The notes under the pieces are model-generated. The model did not search any database, was not told the origin of the DNA, and was given only the letters and a program-made list of their open reading frames with translations. From contig OX597814.1 in assembly GCA_951406725.2 (NCBI GenBank), forward strand, positions 134,292,001 through 134,356,000: a stretch of 64,000 nucleotides of DNA. The letters are read 5' to 3'. The position numbers were made by a program, and so were the translations under genes. Shown in pieces: positions 61,655-64,000 of the stretch (position 1 is the stretch's first letter; the number at the start of each line of letters is the position of its first letter). Origin of the DNA: Octopus vulgaris. Its lineage: Eukaryota.

Positions 61655-61753
61655 CTCCTTCTTTCTTTCCTTTCCTGAGCGTCCAATAACACTATACTTG
61701 TTCCACATCCTCGCGTTGTTGTGTTTTTTCTTTGTGTTTTCATGTTTGGATTA

Positions 61754-61813
<60 letters not shown>

Positions 61814-62374
61814 GTGGGCTTCAGCGTAGTTTCCGTCCATCAAATTCCTTTATAACGCATTGATCAGTCAAGAGCTTTAATAGAAGACATTTACCTAAGG
61901 TGCTACGCAGTGGTATTGACCTCGAAACTACATTGTTGCAAAGCAAACTATTTAACTACAGTACAATTCCAGCGCCTCCTATATGGTTTCTAGTTTTCAA
62001 TTGTTAATACCCATATACCCATTAACCTTCTAGTTATTTATTTTATTTATTTTCTACATTCATTTATTTATCTTTTTACTGTTATCAGTCACTGAACTAA
62101 AACTACGCTACACATAGTTGATATTGTGATGAATATATGTTGTAACGAATATATACTGGAGACACTGAACCATTGCAGTGGCATTCAGAATAAATATTTG
62201 TCTTTAAAAAACATCACTCATTAAGAGCAGCTGAAAATATATGCTTTGTATGAGTGTCTATTCGGTTAAAAGCTCACTACTCAAAAGCAACCTGACTTTA
62301 AAAAGTTAAAGTCATTTCATATTTAAAATAAAGATAGAGTACCGTTTCCTTTTTCGGCTGCTGCAGCTGCTGTT

Positions 62375-62734
62375 GCTGTTGAGCGAGGCGGTCTTCGTCC
62401 CAGAGCTCGCAGTGGGAGAAGTCCGAATCGTAGTCCTTTGCTATTCGTAAGACCCGCAGAAGAGAGAAAGCAGGTCGACCCCCGATACCGAGAGCATCGA
62501 CGAATGGATGAATGCGCATCCAGGCTCAGCGGTTGCGTAGGAAGTCGGGGACAAGAAACAGGAAGAAAGAGTGAGAGAAAGTTGGGGCGAAAGAGTACAA
62601 CAGGGGTCGCCACCACCCCCTGCCGGAACCTCGCGGAGTTTTAGGTGTTTTCGCTCAATAAACACACACAACGCCCGGTCTGGGAATCGAAACCGCGAGT
62701 CCGCTACCCTAACCACTGGGCCATTGCGCCTCCA
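62375..62734 (-). mobile_element. tRNA SINE of the GGAGGCGCAATGGCCCAGTGG head family, tail type 3 with (CAG/CAA)n end
   Basis: Head shared with the copies at 16226 and 38297; flanked by imperfect CTGCTG-rich repeats. Confidence 0.85.
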
Positions 62735-63397
62735 CTGCTGCTGCTGTTGTTGGGGGGGGGGGGGCTTTTGTTTACGCTAACAGAGAAGATTTATGATCAA
62801 GTGCATTCCAGCTGCAACCACCCTATGATGCAATGTGACCTTACTTTAAGATGGCAGGCTGTGATTTGAAGAAGTTTTGGCTAGTATTTCTAACACAGTG
62901 TGTGATTACGTAATGGCTTCCCTCAATCTGCTGCATCGTTTTACCTATTTTGTAACGCACTGGGCTGGATCATTTCAGAGTTAAGTGTTTTGATCGTGGA
63001 CGCAGCTCAGAGCTGGTGAATGGCATTATAGAAACCACTGACCTCGTGGTTGATTGCTGCCCTATCCACTGGACTATTTGTGCTTACTCTTCGGTGTACA
63101 AAATTTAATGAATCTAACTTTATGCGTGTATGGATATAGCATTCGTATGGGTATAAGTGAATGAATCAAACAGATTATCTAGAATTAAAGTAAAATGTTT
63201 CTGCTTAAATGAAAGAGTAAAAGCTTCAGTTACGACGGATCCGAGCGACAAGGAATAATCTAATAATATTATTAAATACATCTCTACTGTTATTGATCTT
63301 ATGATTCATATCTCTCTCTCTCGCTCTACCTCTCACTCTCTCATGCACACACCCATACTCCCTCCCTTTTTTTCTCTCTCTCTCTTTGTCTCTTTCA

Positions 63398-63437
<40 letters not shown>

Positions 63438-63829
63438 CTGTCTGTCTGTTCGTTGGTTTATCTATCATTGCATCCTCTGTATCTCTCATATAGCTGATGT
63501 GATGATTAAGCTTAACAAAAACTAGAGCAATTTGGCAGAATTGGTTGAGCGACGATAAAATCTGTCAGTATTTAGTTACGTCCCTTTACATTGAGAGTAT
63601 AAATTACATCGAAGTCTAGTTTGCTAAGTATATTCTTTTCAAATTGTATTCGTTGTATGGGAGACAACTCAGGAACTATTTCGATATCATTGGCCTTTCA
63701 ATAAAAAGAATCCATACCTTTAGTGAAGAATTCTGGTCAGCTTTTGTTGTTGTTACTTAGTTACAGGTCAGCCTTTACTGAGTAGAACTATCATCAAAAG
63801 CAGCGACAGTATCGATCTATCAGGATAGA

Positions 63830-64000
63830 GTGAAAGCGCGCGCTTAGTAATTAGGGTATTCGGCTCAAAATCTTAAGGTCGTGAGTTCGTTTCCCAAGAG
63901 TGCGTCGTGTCCTTGAGCAAGACATTTCATTTCATGTTGCTCCAGTCAATTCAGCTGGCAAAAATGAGTTGTACCTGTAATTCAGAGGAACAGCCTTGTC
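63830..64000 (+). mobile_element. tRNA-derived SINE with a different head, cut by the window end
   Basis: B box GTGAGTTCGTTTCCC; GTGTCCTTGAGCAAGACA...CAGCTGGCAAAAATGAG; then TTGTACCTGT...GCCTTGTC as in the body of 16226-16610. Confidence 0.75.

Overview
This is an AT-rich, repeat-dense eukaryotic window, most likely an octopus (coleoid cephalopod) genome. That is inferred from the tRNA-derived SINE families, RTE/CR1/Tx1 LINEs, TTAGGG motifs and very long (TA)n tracts; it was not checked against a database. The only intact host gene I can support is on the minus strand and the ORF track misses most of it. It has 11 exons (53375 to 24517, 1413 nt of CDS, 470 aa, all GT-AG and phase-consistent) and encodes a DeSI1/PPPDE isopeptidase with the catalytic His (IWHT) and Cys (HNCN), a Ser-rich linker and a PUL-like helical C-terminus. 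The rest is mostly decayed mobile DNA: R4-like, RTE, CR1 and Tx1/L1 LINE remnants, an RT-less Gypsy element with both LTRs, hAT and mariner remnants, Helentron-type hairpins and several SINE families. The most notable structures are (i) a family of Merlin-like MITEs, two of them foldbacks, with 8-bp TSDs and internal TTAGGG repeats; (ii) minimal hammerhead-ribozyme motifs in microsatellite-associated, Penelope-like elements; (iii) SINE/LINE shared 3' tails with a covarying stem-loop, plus head/tail swapping among SINEs; (iv) several local templated duplications or inversions; (v) a CpG-decay domain that marks the gene body. Everything was read by eye, so repeat boundaries without TSD support are approximate.
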